Source of the DNA: Planctomycetota bacterium
GTDB taxonomy: Bacteria; Planctomycetota; GCA-002687715; CAIWVZ01
Assembly: GCA_044222185.1 (NCBI GenBank)
Contig: JBGANV010000014.1
Location: 1-64,000, forward strand
Length of the DNA stretch: 64,000 nt
Direction: 5' to 3'
A program made the translations under genes and the position numbers. Below are positions 39,701 through 49,700 of this stretch, piece after piece. Numbering within the stretch: the first letter of the stretch is position 1; every line of letters begins with the position of its first letter. The notes beneath the pieces were generated by a model. It saw nothing but the letters and a program-made list of their open reading frames with translations. It did not search any database and was not told the DNA's origin.

Positions 39701-41656
39701 CCGTTCTCGTTCGCCAGGTTCGACGGCGTTTCGCTTCCGTCGTCGAGCCCCGCGGCGGGCACGGTGGAGGCGATCGTGCCGGCCCAGCTCGTGACCACCG
39801 GCGGTGTTCACACGATCACGCTCGTGAACGGACCCCCCGGCGGCGGGACGTCGAGCGGCATGACCTTCACGGTGAACAACCCCGCACCGACGCTGGCGTC
39901 GGTCGCCGCGGCAGTTCCGCTGGGCACCAGCGGCACGGTCACCGTCGACGGATCGGGTTTCGTGGCCGGCGGCTCCATCGTTCGCTGGGGTACGACCGAC
40001 CTCGCGACGACGTTCGTTTCGTCGACGCAGCTCACGGCCGCGTTGCCGGCAGCGGTGAACGTCGTCGTCGGCCCCGTCGCCGTGCGCGTCGTCAACGGCG
40101 CACCGGGGGGCGGGGCGTCTGGCGCGATCAACGTGCAGAGCCCGTTCCCCACGCCATCGCTGACGTCGCTGTCTCCGTCGACGCTTCTGGTCGGCTCGTC
40201 GAGCGCGACCATCACGGTCTTCGGCACCGGCTTCTTCGCCGGAGCGTCCACGGGCAATGTGAACGGACTGCCCGTCGCCACGACCGTCTCGAGCCAGACG
40301 GCGATGGACATCACCATTCCGGCGGCGTCGCTCACGACGCCCGGGTCCCGCTCGATCGTCGTCACGACGACGGGACCCGGCGGGGGAGCCTCGAACACGC
40401 TGCAGCTCCTCGTGAACTACCCGCTTCCGACCGTCACCGGAATCTCACCGAGCTCGGCGCTCGTCGGTTCGGGCCCGGCCGTCGTCACGGTCACGGGCAC
40501 CGGCTTCGTCGCGAACCAGTCCCTCGTGACGGTGGATGGGACTCCCATCACGACGACCGTGCAGTCGGCGACGCAGGCGCAGGCCACGTTGAGCTCCGCC
40601 GTGCTGAACACGGCTCACTCCGTGCAGCTGCGGATGCAGAACCCGCCGCCGGGCGGTGGAGCCTCGAATGCGATGGCCTTCACGATCCAAAACCCGACGC
40701 CCGTGATCACGGGGTTGTCGCAGACGTCGTTCGCGTTCGGCGCGGCGTCCGCGCCCCTGGCCATCACCTGCACGGGCCTCGTGCCCGGTGCGACGGCCAC
40801 GTGGAACAACACGCCGATCGGCGTGTTCGAATCTTCACCGGGTGTGCTCACGGGGACGGTGCCGACGACGCTCCTCGCGATCCCAGGTCCGGTCTCCATC
40901 GTCGTCCAGAATCCGGCGCCGAACACGGGGCCGTCGGCGCCCGTGGCTGCAAGCGTGGACGGGCCACGGCTGACGGCCATCTCGCCGTCGGTGATGCCGA
41001 TCCTCCTGCCGGGATCCCTGCCACAGGTCGTGACGCTGACGGGTTCGAACTTCGCACCGACGTCGCAGGCCTGGGCCGATGGCATCGCGTTGCCTGGGGC
41101 ATTCAACAGCTCCACGTCGATGACCGTCCTCATCGGGCCGTCGATCCAGGGCGCGCTTCGGCCCGGCGCGCTGGCGATCGTCGTCCAGACGACGATCGGT
41201 CCCGTCAGGCTCCAATCGAACGCACGGGCGCTCGTCATGGGATCCGGCAACAACCAGGGCACGTTCCAATACGTTCCCGTGGACGCCGGTCCCGGGACGC
41301 CGGTCACGTTCCGCTTCGAAGGCATGTTGCCCGGCGCGCCGATCACCGTGATCGCGGACCTCACCGCGCCGCTGCCGCTCGCACCGTTCCCGGATGCCTC
41401 GACCAACATGGTCCTGTCCGTCTACGCATCCATGCTTCCCGTCGTCGACGGGTTGGGGCTGTTCGGACCTCCGGCGCCGGTCACGACGACCTTCGATCCC
41501 GCGGCTACGGCACCCGGCGGGGTTTTCGAGATCCCAGGGCTCGTGATCCCCAACCCACCGCTTGGCGTCGACGCGGCGCTCCAGGCCGTCGTCCTCGATC
41601 CATCGAGTCCGATCGGATTGAGGCTCACCTGGGCGCGTTTCCCGCTGTCTCTCTGA
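36725..41656 (+). CDS. Large exported trypsin-fold pseudoprotease with 3 WNVV repeats, 6 IPT/TIG domains and C-terminal domain
   Basis: CTGFL..SAGSC, NWAVARL, DT.TGSEGSP, GINTHGGC; P.IT.LSP Ig-like repeats; AGGAG RBS. Confidence 0.85.
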   Translation: MIPRIAVICLVVSVFAGAQMADLSLHNVPVDLASGPRTNPTSFPTIVWTETLAFPGTTCVQVHLADLALQDEDDALVVTSLGDSDQQVLRLSNVKFWENHSAWFNGPGVTLELRLAPGSSGSVTVDSAWVSAPTIAQPDTICQTDDRTPFGSGVICRLVASAAQTGGGCTGFLVTNTSMILSAGSCVGTQFTVAEFNCPFSTTGGLIVHPAVAEQFPVDSSTILSANGAAGANWAVARLHPNSTGGTAAGAHGFLTVATSYPTLANVACSVRGYGADASPDPTRNFVLQSDTATLASVSGHVLHHTCDTNTGSEGSPILVNNEVVGINTHGGCNPTPISLSNAGTGVLESSLQVARTATSGCATVTPPDGNPVNAPCSNTILTIVPVASQWNVVGVNGPGDWDVAVSGVSSTRPGGSADFVFADGRAGTIPPASGNVFNSFSGSNAPVQFRSESNIINAGAAAQFNWNALDVFRAFAINVTSAGGHDVFIHGDPQLTYSLYTAAGTTAWRSRSALTPTAAGTAGDGGQVGVNLPVGVHLLVIARTGGVGTVPQTLYTVNVCPSVAAVTVPVNGVASSTAACNRLGVTPVSVQWNVVMLGSLSDWNLGVGAAQSNSLAASTECVVANGTLGAVTPNVGSAWRVGGSLGATFEHRTPAAIAVGSVATTTIPAGSIGRAFAFTITTPGQHGIMFPVAPSSFAWQLFDAGTSPAWRAKSAAVASGTVSATPATVTLTAGQYLLVAHAEPGPVAASTLMRVLVAPTVATLTLVQGTTNSANGAATPFIHTPQPNVWNVVAATSDATTGDDLTIGAVDSAGSGNGVAEMLVADGHAGVIDATPGIVTRTTGAASISIEHAVRTLLPFNSVLNDSMGTADVVRLYEFNAPVAASYQIVVSGAPSLRFRLYAPSGSSAWVPKLSSIANGLANGGTTLVSLAPGAHALVVHRDGATGTAASYSLTVTPAPSGQPAITGLSPATVTAGAAQFTLTVNGTGITPFSFARFDGVSLPSSSPAAGTVEAIVPAQLVTTGGVHTITLVNGPPGGGTSSGMTFTVNNPAPTLASVAAAVPLGTSGTVTVDGSGFVAGGSIVRWGTTDLATTFVSSTQLTAALPAAVNVVVGPVAVRVVNGAPGGGASGAINVQSPFPTPSLTSLSPSTLLVGSSSATITVFGTGFFAGASTGNVNGLPVATTVSSQTAMDITIPAASLTTPGSRSIVVTTTGPGGGASNTLQLLVNYPLPTVTGISPSSALVGSGPAVVTVTGTGFVANQSLVTVDGTPITTTVQSATQAQATLSSAVLNTAHSVQLRMQNPPPGGGASNAMAFTIQNPTPVITGLSQTSFAFGAASAPLAITCTGLVPGATATWNNTPIGVFESSPGVLTGTVPTTLLAIPGPVSIVVQNPAPNTGPSAPVAASVDGPRLTAISPSVMPILLPGSLPQVVTLTGSNFAPTSQAWADGIALPGAFNSSTSMTVLIGPSIQGALRPGALAIVVQTTIGPVRLQSNARALVMGSGNNQGTFQYVPVDAGPGTPVTFRFEGMLPGAPITVIADLTAPLPLAPFPDASTNMVLSVYASMLPVVDGLGLFGPPAPVTTTFDPAATAPGGVFEIPGLVIPNPPLGVDAALQAVVLDPSSPIGLRLTWARFPLSL

Positions 41657-41709
41657 TCGGCGCGCGCGTGGCTTGCCCGGGCTCTCCCGGGCGAGTCTGC
41701 GTTTTTCCC

Positions 41710-41735
41710 GTTAGGTCTCGGCGGGGCTCGCCTTC
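41710..41735 (+). promoter_or_regulatory. Conserved upstream motif GTTAGGTC-N11-CGCCTTC, copy 2
   Basis: Ends 27 nt before the ATG, versus 28 nt for copy 1. Confidence 0.55.
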
Positions 41736-41762
41736 ATAGGGGCTCCTCACCGGAGTTTCCTC

Positions 41763-44700
41763 ATGCGAGCCCGAACCGTCGCCCTCCTCCTGTCGTTCGT
41801 CGCTTCGTCCGTGGTCGGCCAGCAGGCGAGTCTGCCTCTTGCGAACCATCCCGTGCGCGCCAGTTCCGGTGTGCGACAGAACACGGGCAGCTCTGCCATC
41901 GAAACCGTGTGGACTGAGACCATCTCCGTCGCCTCGGCGACGTCCATCCAGCTTCAGTTTCAGGGCATCCAGCTCGGCGACGAGCGTGACGCGCTCGTCG
42001 TCACGAGTCGCTGGGACGGCCAGCAGCAGGCGCTGACGTCGAGCAACCTGAAGTTCTGGGCCAACCACTCGGCCTGGTTCAACGGCTCGGCCGTCACGGT
42101 CGAGTTGCGACTCGCGCCGGGATCGAGCGGGTACGCGCTCGTGGATTCGGCGTGGTTCATGGGGTCGATCGCCATGGTCCCCGAATCGCTGTGCGCCGGT
42201 GACAATCGGGCGTTGTACACCGATGCGCGAATCTGCCGACTCATCGCGTCCGCCGGTCAGACCGCCGGCGGTTGCACCGGGTTCCTCGGCGCTGCGTCGT
42301 CGACGATCTTCTCGGCGGGGAGCTGCGTCGGGTCACAGTTCACGATCGCCGAGTTCAGCTGCCCGGCGTCGACGGCGGGCGGTCTCATCGTTCATCCGCC
42401 CGTCTCCGAACAGTTCCCCGTCGACGCGTCGACGGTGCACTCGAACAACGGGGCCGCGGGAGCGAACTGGGCCGTGGCCCGGCTCCACCCGAACAGCACG
42501 GGACAGACGGCTGCCGGGCTTCATGGCGTCTTCACGTTGCTGCCGCTGGCGCAGCCCTACCCGGCCAACGGAGCGGCGCTGACGGTCGCCGGCTTCGGGA
42601 CGGATACGACGCCGGACGCCACGCGCAACTACGTCCTGCAGTCCGCCGCAGGGACCGTGCAGGCACCGATCACGTCGAACCTGATCACTCACGATGCGGA
42701 CACGGCCACAGGAGGCGAGGGGTCGCCGATTCTCGTCGGCACGACGGTGGTCGGCGTGAACACGCACGGCGGATGCACGGCGTTCCCAGGGCTCGGGAAC
42801 AACGCGGGCACCGGCATCCAGGAGGGCGCGCTCCAGTCCGCGTTCAGCAGCATCAAGGGCTGCGCGACGACTTCGCTCGCAGCCAACACCCCGCAGGCGC
42901 TCACCTGTTCACCGACGGTGTTCTCGTTCGTCCCGAACGCATCGCAGTGGAACGTGGTCGGCGTCGGCGGCACGACGGACTGGGATGTCGAGATCGGAAC
43001 CGCATCGTCGAGCCGCAACGGGACTCAGTCCGACTTCGTCTTCGTCGACGGCCGCGCTGGCGCGTTGGCGCCGATCTCGGGAGTCGCGACGGACATCGGC
43101 GCATTCGCGAACGGCACGATCCACTTCGCCAGCGAATCGGCGACCGTCGTCGACGACGCGCCAGCCAGCTTCACCTGGAGCTCGACTGCGGCGCTGCGCG
43201 TCTTCGCGGTGAACGTCACGAGTGCCGGCCTCCACGACGTCCTGGTCGCTGGCGACCCGACGCTCCAGTATTCGCTCTACGCGCCCAACGGCACGACGGC
43301 TTGGCGTTCGCGCGGCACGGAGACGCCGCTCTCGGCGGGGAATCTGGGCGGCGCTCCGGTGGGCGTCACCATGGGGCTGGGCGTGCATCTGCTCGTCATC
43401 AGCCGCGCGGGCGGCCCTGGCACGCCATCGAACCCCACGTTCACGATCCATGTCTGCCACCACGCGACGGTCTCGCCCGCCCTCAACGGAACGCCCGTGA
43501 ACGTCAACGCCTGCGCCCAGGTCAGCCTGCCGTCGTCTGCGGGTTGGAACGTCGTGTCCGTGTCCACGCCTGCGACGGCAAACTGGAACGTCTGCTTCGA
43601 CTCGGCGCAATCGCTTCGCACGGGGAGCGCGACGGACTTCGTCATCGCGCGGGGAGTGCCGTCTCTCGTGAGCGGCATGGTCTGGCGTCAATCCGGCTCG
43701 GCGTCGGGAGCGGTCGAGTATCAGAGCGACGTCGCGTTGACGCTCGGCGCACCGACGCCCGTGTCGTTTCCGGCTGGGAGTTCCGTCCGCGTCCTTTCGT
43801 TCCAGGCCGCGGTCGCCGGCAACTACGACATCTCGTTCCCCACGGGATCGGCGAGCCTGAAATGGAGGCTCTTCGATCACGGCACCATCGGTCAGTGGCG
43901 CTCCAGCGATGATGCAACGGCGAGCGGCACGCTGTCGGCGTTCCCGACGACGGTCTCTCTCGTGAGCGGCATCAACGCCCTCGTCATCTTCGGCGAGCCG
44001 GGACCGCTCGCGGTGGGAACGACGTGCACGGTTCGCGTTTGCGCGACGCCCGTGCCGGTGACGCTCACGCAGGGTGTGGGAACTCCGCTCGCTCCCATCT
44101 GCGCCGACCTCACCCACACGCCCGAGGGCGGATTCTGGAACGCGATCGCCGTAGTCCCTGACTCCGTGGGCGCCGCCGATCTCTACGTCGGCACCACGGC
44201 GGCGGTGCAGCCGGGCTTCGGGCAGTGCGAACTCGTGGTGGCGAACGGTCACGTCGGGACGGTTCCCGCCGTGAACGCGCTGGCCGTCCGTACGTCCGTC
44301 CTGGGGACGATGGCGGCCGAACACGCCGCACGACTGACGCTCGCGTCGGCCACTCCGCTCGCCGACTCGTTCGCCGCGACGGATGTCGTCCGCATCTACG
44401 AGTTCCCGGTGACCGTGGCCGCGACCCACCAGATCACGGTGAGCGGCGCGCCGGCGCTGCGTTGGGCGGCCTTCGACTCCAACACGGGCGCCGGATGGGT
44501 GACGCGCGCGACGGCCGTCGCATCGGGGACTGGCGACGGCGTGTCGGTTGGCGCCACGTTCACGATCGGGACGGCGGCCATCGCCGTCTTCCGCGAGCCG
44601 AACGCCTCGACGCCCGTCACGTTCGCCGTCACCTGCGGTCCGCCCGCACAGCCCGCTCCAACCGTCACGTCCATCTCGCCGACGTTGGTGCAGGTGGGCA

Positions 44701-46694
44701 CGAACGGCATCACGGTGACCGCGAACGGATCGGGCATGACCCAGTTCAGCACGCTCTTCGTCGACGGGACGCCATTCCCGACGACGTTCATCTCCGCCGC
44801 GAGCGTTTCGGCGCCGTATGGTGCGGCGTTGCTGCAGGTCCCCGGGTTCCACACGGTGACCGTCGTGAATCCGCCGCCGGGCGGCGGGACGTCGAGCCAA
44901 CTGACGTTCGCCGTCAACGCGATCGCTCCGAGCCTCACTGCAGCCACGTGTGGGGCCGTGCTCGGAACCGCAGGCACGGTGACGGCGACGGGCGCGAACT
45001 TCGTTCCCGGGCTGACCATCCTTCGGTGGGCGGGAACGGACCTCGCGACGACGGTGATCTCACCGACGCAAATGACGGCCGTGCTTCCGGCCTCGGTGAA
45101 CATCCTCGGCGGAACGGTGAGCGTGCGCGCGTTCACGCCTCCGCCCGGAGGCGGCCAGAGCGCGACGTTCCCCGTCCTCAACCCCGCGCCGGCACCGACG
45201 ATCACCAGCGTGTCGCCCACGTCGCTCCTCGCAGGATCGCCGACCACGCAATTCACGATCACGGGGACGGGGTTCTTCCAGGGCGCATCCGGACTGACCG
45301 TGACGGGAAGCGGACTGAGTCCCACGGTGGTGAACTCCACGCTCATCCAGGTGAACGTACCGGCGAGCCTTCTCGCGCAGGCCGGCAACAAGACGGTGAT
45401 CGTCACGAACGCGGCTCCTGGCGGCGGACAGTCGAACACGGTGGGGTTCACCGTGTTCAACGCGCTGCCAACCATCGCGTCCGTGACGCCGAGTTCGGCC
45501 ACGGTCGGAGACGCGCCGACGACGATCACCGTCGTGGGTACGGGGTTCGTCGCGCTGACGAGCCTGAAGATCGATGGCACGGGCATCAACCTCGGCGTCG
45601 TCTCGCCGACGCAGATGCACGGTCTGATTCCGGCGGGCTTCCTCGCCGCGCCGGGTGTGCACTCGCTCACGGTGAACAATCCTCCTCCTGGCGGCGGGAC
45701 GTCCGCGTCCGTTCCGTTCGTCGTGAATGCGCCCGCGCCCGCGATCACCTCCGCGACTCCCACGAGCTTCGCGTTCGGCGGCGCGCAGACGGCGATCACT
45801 CTCAACTGCACGAACCTGCTGGTCGGCGCCACCGCCACGTGGAATGGCACCCCGCTCTCGGGCTTCGTCACGAGCCCAGGCGTCTACACCGGCATCGTTC
45901 CGAGCACGCTGCTCGGTCAGCCTGGTCCGGCAACCGTCGTCATCGCGAACCCGGCGCCGGCGCTGGGTCCGTCGGCCCCCGTGACGGTCGTGGTGGAGAA
46001 GCCGCGGATCCAGTCGCTCTCCATTCCGGGAATCCCCATCCTCACGCCCGCGTCGCCACCGCAGGCCATCGGCATCACGGGCAGCTTCTTCGCGTCGACG
46101 ACACGCGTCTTCGCCGACGGCACCCTGCTGCCGACCACTCCGATCTCGCCGACCCAGCTCACGGCATCCGTTCCCGCGAGCGTCCTGGGAACGCAGCGTC
46201 CCGGTGCACTCGCGATCACCGTCCAGACGTTCGTCGGTGCCACGAAGGCTCAATCCAATTCCCACGCCCTGCTCGTTGGAGGCTTCAGCAATCAGGGGAC
46301 GTTCCAACTCGTGCCGGTCGACGCCGGTCCGGGCGACTTCGCCACGTTCCGATTCGAAGGCACGGCGCCCGGCGTTCCGATCACCGTGCTCGCGGACCTC
46401 ACGGGACCCGCGCCGCTGGCGCCGTTCCCCGACCCGGCGACGAACCAGGTGCTCGGGGTCTGGCAGTCGATCCTCCCGGTGATCGACGGCATCGGTCTCC
46501 TCGGTCCGCCACTCCCGGTCACCACGGTCTTCGATCCGGACGCGACGGCGCCGGGCGGTGTCTTCGAGATCCCGAACCTCCAGGTGCCGAACCCGCCACT
46601 CGGGATCAGTGCAGTGTTGCAGGCCGTCGTTCCCGATCCATCGACTCCCATCGGTCTGCGCCTCACGTGGGCGCGCTTTCCGCTCGCGCTTTGA
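41763..46694 (+). CDS. Tandem paralog: exported trypsin-fold pseudoprotease with IPT/TIG domains
   Basis: SAGSC, NWAVARL and TGGEGSP; colinear with the 36725 gene; ends IGLRLTWARFPLAL. Confidence 0.85.
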   Translation: MRARTVALLLSFVASSVVGQQASLPLANHPVRASSGVRQNTGSSAIETVWTETISVASATSIQLQFQGIQLGDERDALVVTSRWDGQQQALTSSNLKFWANHSAWFNGSAVTVELRLAPGSSGYALVDSAWFMGSIAMVPESLCAGDNRALYTDARICRLIASAGQTAGGCTGFLGAASSTIFSAGSCVGSQFTIAEFSCPASTAGGLIVHPPVSEQFPVDASTVHSNNGAAGANWAVARLHPNSTGQTAAGLHGVFTLLPLAQPYPANGAALTVAGFGTDTTPDATRNYVLQSAAGTVQAPITSNLITHDADTATGGEGSPILVGTTVVGVNTHGGCTAFPGLGNNAGTGIQEGALQSAFSSIKGCATTSLAANTPQALTCSPTVFSFVPNASQWNVVGVGGTTDWDVEIGTASSSRNGTQSDFVFVDGRAGALAPISGVATDIGAFANGTIHFASESATVVDDAPASFTWSSTAALRVFAVNVTSAGLHDVLVAGDPTLQYSLYAPNGTTAWRSRGTETPLSAGNLGGAPVGVTMGLGVHLLVISRAGGPGTPSNPTFTIHVCHHATVSPALNGTPVNVNACAQVSLPSSAGWNVVSVSTPATANWNVCFDSAQSLRTGSATDFVIARGVPSLVSGMVWRQSGSASGAVEYQSDVALTLGAPTPVSFPAGSSVRVLSFQAAVAGNYDISFPTGSASLKWRLFDHGTIGQWRSSDDATASGTLSAFPTTVSLVSGINALVIFGEPGPLAVGTTCTVRVCATPVPVTLTQGVGTPLAPICADLTHTPEGGFWNAIAVVPDSVGAADLYVGTTAAVQPGFGQCELVVANGHVGTVPAVNALAVRTSVLGTMAAEHAARLTLASATPLADSFAATDVVRIYEFPVTVAATHQITVSGAPALRWAAFDSNTGAGWVTRATAVASGTGDGVSVGATFTIGTAAIAVFREPNASTPVTFAVTCGPPAQPAPTVTSISPTLVQVGTNGITVTANGSGMTQFSTLFVDGTPFPTTFISAASVSAPYGAALLQVPGFHTVTVVNPPPGGGTSSQLTFAVNAIAPSLTAATCGAVLGTAGTVTATGANFVPGLTILRWAGTDLATTVISPTQMTAVLPASVNILGGTVSVRAFTPPPGGGQSATFPVLNPAPAPTITSVSPTSLLAGSPTTQFTITGTGFFQGASGLTVTGSGLSPTVVNSTLIQVNVPASLLAQAGNKTVIVTNAAPGGGQSNTVGFTVFNALPTIASVTPSSATVGDAPTTITVVGTGFVALTSLKIDGTGINLGVVSPTQMHGLIPAGFLAAPGVHSLTVNNPPPGGGTSASVPFVVNAPAPAITSATPTSFAFGGAQTAITLNCTNLLVGATATWNGTPLSGFVTSPGVYTGIVPSTLLGQPGPATVVIANPAPALGPSAPVTVVVEKPRIQSLSIPGIPILTPASPPQAIGITGSFFASTTRVFADGTLLPTTPISPTQLTASVPASVLGTQRPGALAITVQTFVGATKAQSNSHALLVGGFSNQGTFQLVPVDAGPGDFATFRFEGTAPGVPITVLADLTGPAPLAPFPDPATNQVLGVWQSILPVIDGIGLLGPPLPVTTVFDPDATAPGGVFEIPNLQVPNPPLGISAVLQAVVPDPSTPIGLRLTWARFPLAL

Positions 46695-46715
46695 CGGATG
46701 CGGGATGGCTCCGCC

Positions 46716-49700
46716 TCACCGCCGCGAATCGGGCGCAGCGTCGGTTCGCTCGGCGACGAGGCGGCCGCCGAACCGCCACATCGCGGACCTCGGCGACATG
46801 CGAAGCCGCGTCACGGTGTAGAAGTTCTCCGGGTTGTTGTTCACCGCTGCGCCGCCCTTCAGCGCTGCGGTGCCCAGGTCGTGGTTGACCACGTCGGGGA
46901 TCACCCATTCGCTCAGCGATCCGGCCATGTCGAACGCACCGAACGGCGATTCGTCCACGGGGAAGCTCATGGAGCGTGAGTAGGTCGATCTCGCGAGCGC
47001 GTACCGCGAGCTCACCCACGACTGCGAGAGGAAGGACCCGAACGGGTAGAGCCGTCCGTCGGCACCGCGGGCAGCCTTCTCCCACTCGATCTCGCGCGGG
47101 ATCCGGTAGCGCCACGGTCGGCCCGCCTTCGAGTCGACGTCCGTTCGCCACGCCGCGTAGGCCTCCAACGCCGCGAAGGTGAGGCCGCGCGCGGGAAGGA
47201 CTGCCTCCGTGTCGGCGACCTGCCAGGGTTTCCCGGGGCCGGGGGGAGTGAGCTCCGCATCGGGGGCATCGCCCGGCAGCGCGCTTCGCGGTGCGAAGGC
47301 ACGCGCCGACTGAGGCCCGATCGCGTTGAGGAACTCCGCGTATTCAGCCCAGTTGATTTCGTGATCCTGGATCCAGAACTCCGGAAGCGTCGCGACGCGC
47401 GACTCGCAGGCGTCGAAGAACCGGACCTCCGTGGGAGTCCCGCCCACTCGGGCAGGCCCGGCCGGAACGTGGACGAACCCCTTGGGGCTGAAACCCGGGG
47501 GACGCAGCGTCACGTCGAGCTTGACCGTCGAGCCGCGTTCGACGCGAACGGGCAGGCGTTGCAGTTCGAACCCGTCGTGGCGGACGACGGCGAGGTACGA
47601 GCCCACTTCGAGCTCGCGGTGGAACCCTGAGCCCGAGCCGACACGTGTCTGCGGCGACGTGAGGACGGGTGCGACGGTCACGCGGAGTTCGCTCTCGCCG
47701 TCGAGTACGCGGTCGACGAGGATTCCGTCGCGAAGCAGGCGCGCCCGCTTGCCTGCGAGCGCCGGGAGCTCGGCCGTCGACGTGAGCGTCACGCCTTCGA
47801 CCGCGACGAGCACGTCGCCGGGGAGAAGGTCCGCGGACGTCGTTCGGATGACCTGCAGGCACGGCGCCCCGGGCTCCAGGTCGGACCAGCGGCCTTCCAA
47901 CGGGACGGGAACGAGACGACGCGGCGCATCGGCGCTGACCGACGAAGCCTCGCGGTAACGCAAGAGGTGGATCTCCGCGTCGCTCGGCTGTGCGCGGATT
48001 TCGAGCACGCCACCGAGAAGCTCCGCCGTGAACCTCCCATCGCGGTCGGCGCGACGGAGCGCCTCGCGGATCGCATCGGCCGCGCGCGTGTCGCCGAGGC
48101 GTTCCGCCTCATGCAGCCGTTCGGCGTGCAGCCCGCACACGACGTCCGCGGCGCCCGGTACGTCGGGCGCGCGCTTCAACGCTTCCGTGATCGTCTCCGG
48201 AATGCCGAACGTGAGCTCGTCGATCTCCTGGATCAGCCGCGGGATCTCGGCGTCGAGTCGCTGGAGGCGCTGCTCTTCTTTCGGGTCCAGATGGGAGAGC
48301 GTGGCGATCGTCTTCAACTTCGACAGCTCGGCCTCGACCTCGATGGTGTGACGTTGCAGCTTGCGGAAGCGGTCGAGTCGGGAAAGGGCGTCGGCGACCA
48401 ACTCCGCGGCATCGCGCAGGGCGAGCGCACGCGTGGTCCGTTCGCGGAGGGCGAGAACTCGCGGGTCCGTACCGCGCAGTGCGAGCGCGCGACCGGCGCA
48501 TGCCGCAGCCGTCTCCGGGTCCTCGCGGTCGAGCGCGGCGACGGCGCTCGCGATCTCGGCCTCGAATCGCCGCCCATCGGCGATCACCCGCCAGGCCTCG
48601 ACGACCAGGTACGTCGCGAGCGTGAGGGAGAGAGCCGCTGCGACGGCCGCGGTGCGGGGACGTCGGCGAATCGCCCGCGTCATGCGGACGCGGAGCGCGG
48701 GCGGCCGCGCCCGGATCGGGCGGAGGTCGATCAGCGCTTCGAGGTCGGCGACGAGTTCGGCGGCGCTCGCAAACCGCGCCTCGGGATCGCGCTCGAGGGA
48801 CTTCGCCACGACGACCTCCACGTCGCGGGGGAGACTCGGAACGAGCTGGCGAAGGGGGACCGGATCGGTGGTGAGGATCGCGTTCAGCACCTGCTCGGAC
48901 GTTCCGCCGGGGAACGGCGGCCTGCCCGCGAGCATCTCGTAGAGCGTTGCGCCCAAGGACCAGATGTCCGTGCGAGCGTCGAGCGCGCCCCGGGCTTCCA
49001 CCTGTTCGGGGGACGCGTAGTGAGGAGTGCCGCGGAACACGCCCGTGAGGGTGAGCGTTTCTCCCAGGTCGCCGCGGGCGAGGCCGAAGTCGGTGAGTAC
49101 CGCCCTGCCTTGCGGAGTGATGCGGATGTTCGACGGTTTGATGTCCCGGTGGATCACGCCCGCCGCGTGCGCGGCTGCGAGCCCGCGGGCGATGTCGAGC
49201 GCGATGCGAACGGCGTCCATGGGATTGGGACGCGATCCGATACCGTCGCGCAGCAACTCGTCGAGACCGCGGCCTGGAACGTACTCCATGGCGACGAAGA
49301 CCGTGCCGTTCGCCTCGCCAGCCGAGATGGCCGTGACGACGTTGGGATGCTGTACGCGTCCGAGCGCCTCGGCTTCACGAAGGAGACGTTCGCGCGCTTC
49401 GCGTGTCGTCGCGAGCGTCGCGTGGAGGACCTTCACGGCGACACGACGCTTGAGCGACGGCTGCGCGGCGAGCCAGACCACACCCATGCCGCCCTCGCCC
49501 AGCGGCTCGATGAGGTGGAACTCTCCGAGACGGTCACCGCCATTGACCTGTGACGTGGCCGAAGCAACTCGCGGAGCCTCGTCCGGAGAGCCGGCGAGCA
49601 CGCGCAGCTGGTGACGCTCCTCCTCCGTCAACTCCGGGTGGGCGGCGAGAAAGCCCTCGAGGTCCAATGGCTCGCCCGAGAACAGCTTTTCGAGTGCGGC

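Noticed and set aside
38248-46888. Long alternative-frame and antisense ORFs (e.g. 38248-41739, 44225-46888; also 2148-4004 and 13824-15998)
   Set aside because: Arg/Gly-rich shadow ORFs expected in high-GC coding DNA; they have no motifs and overlap well-supported genes.
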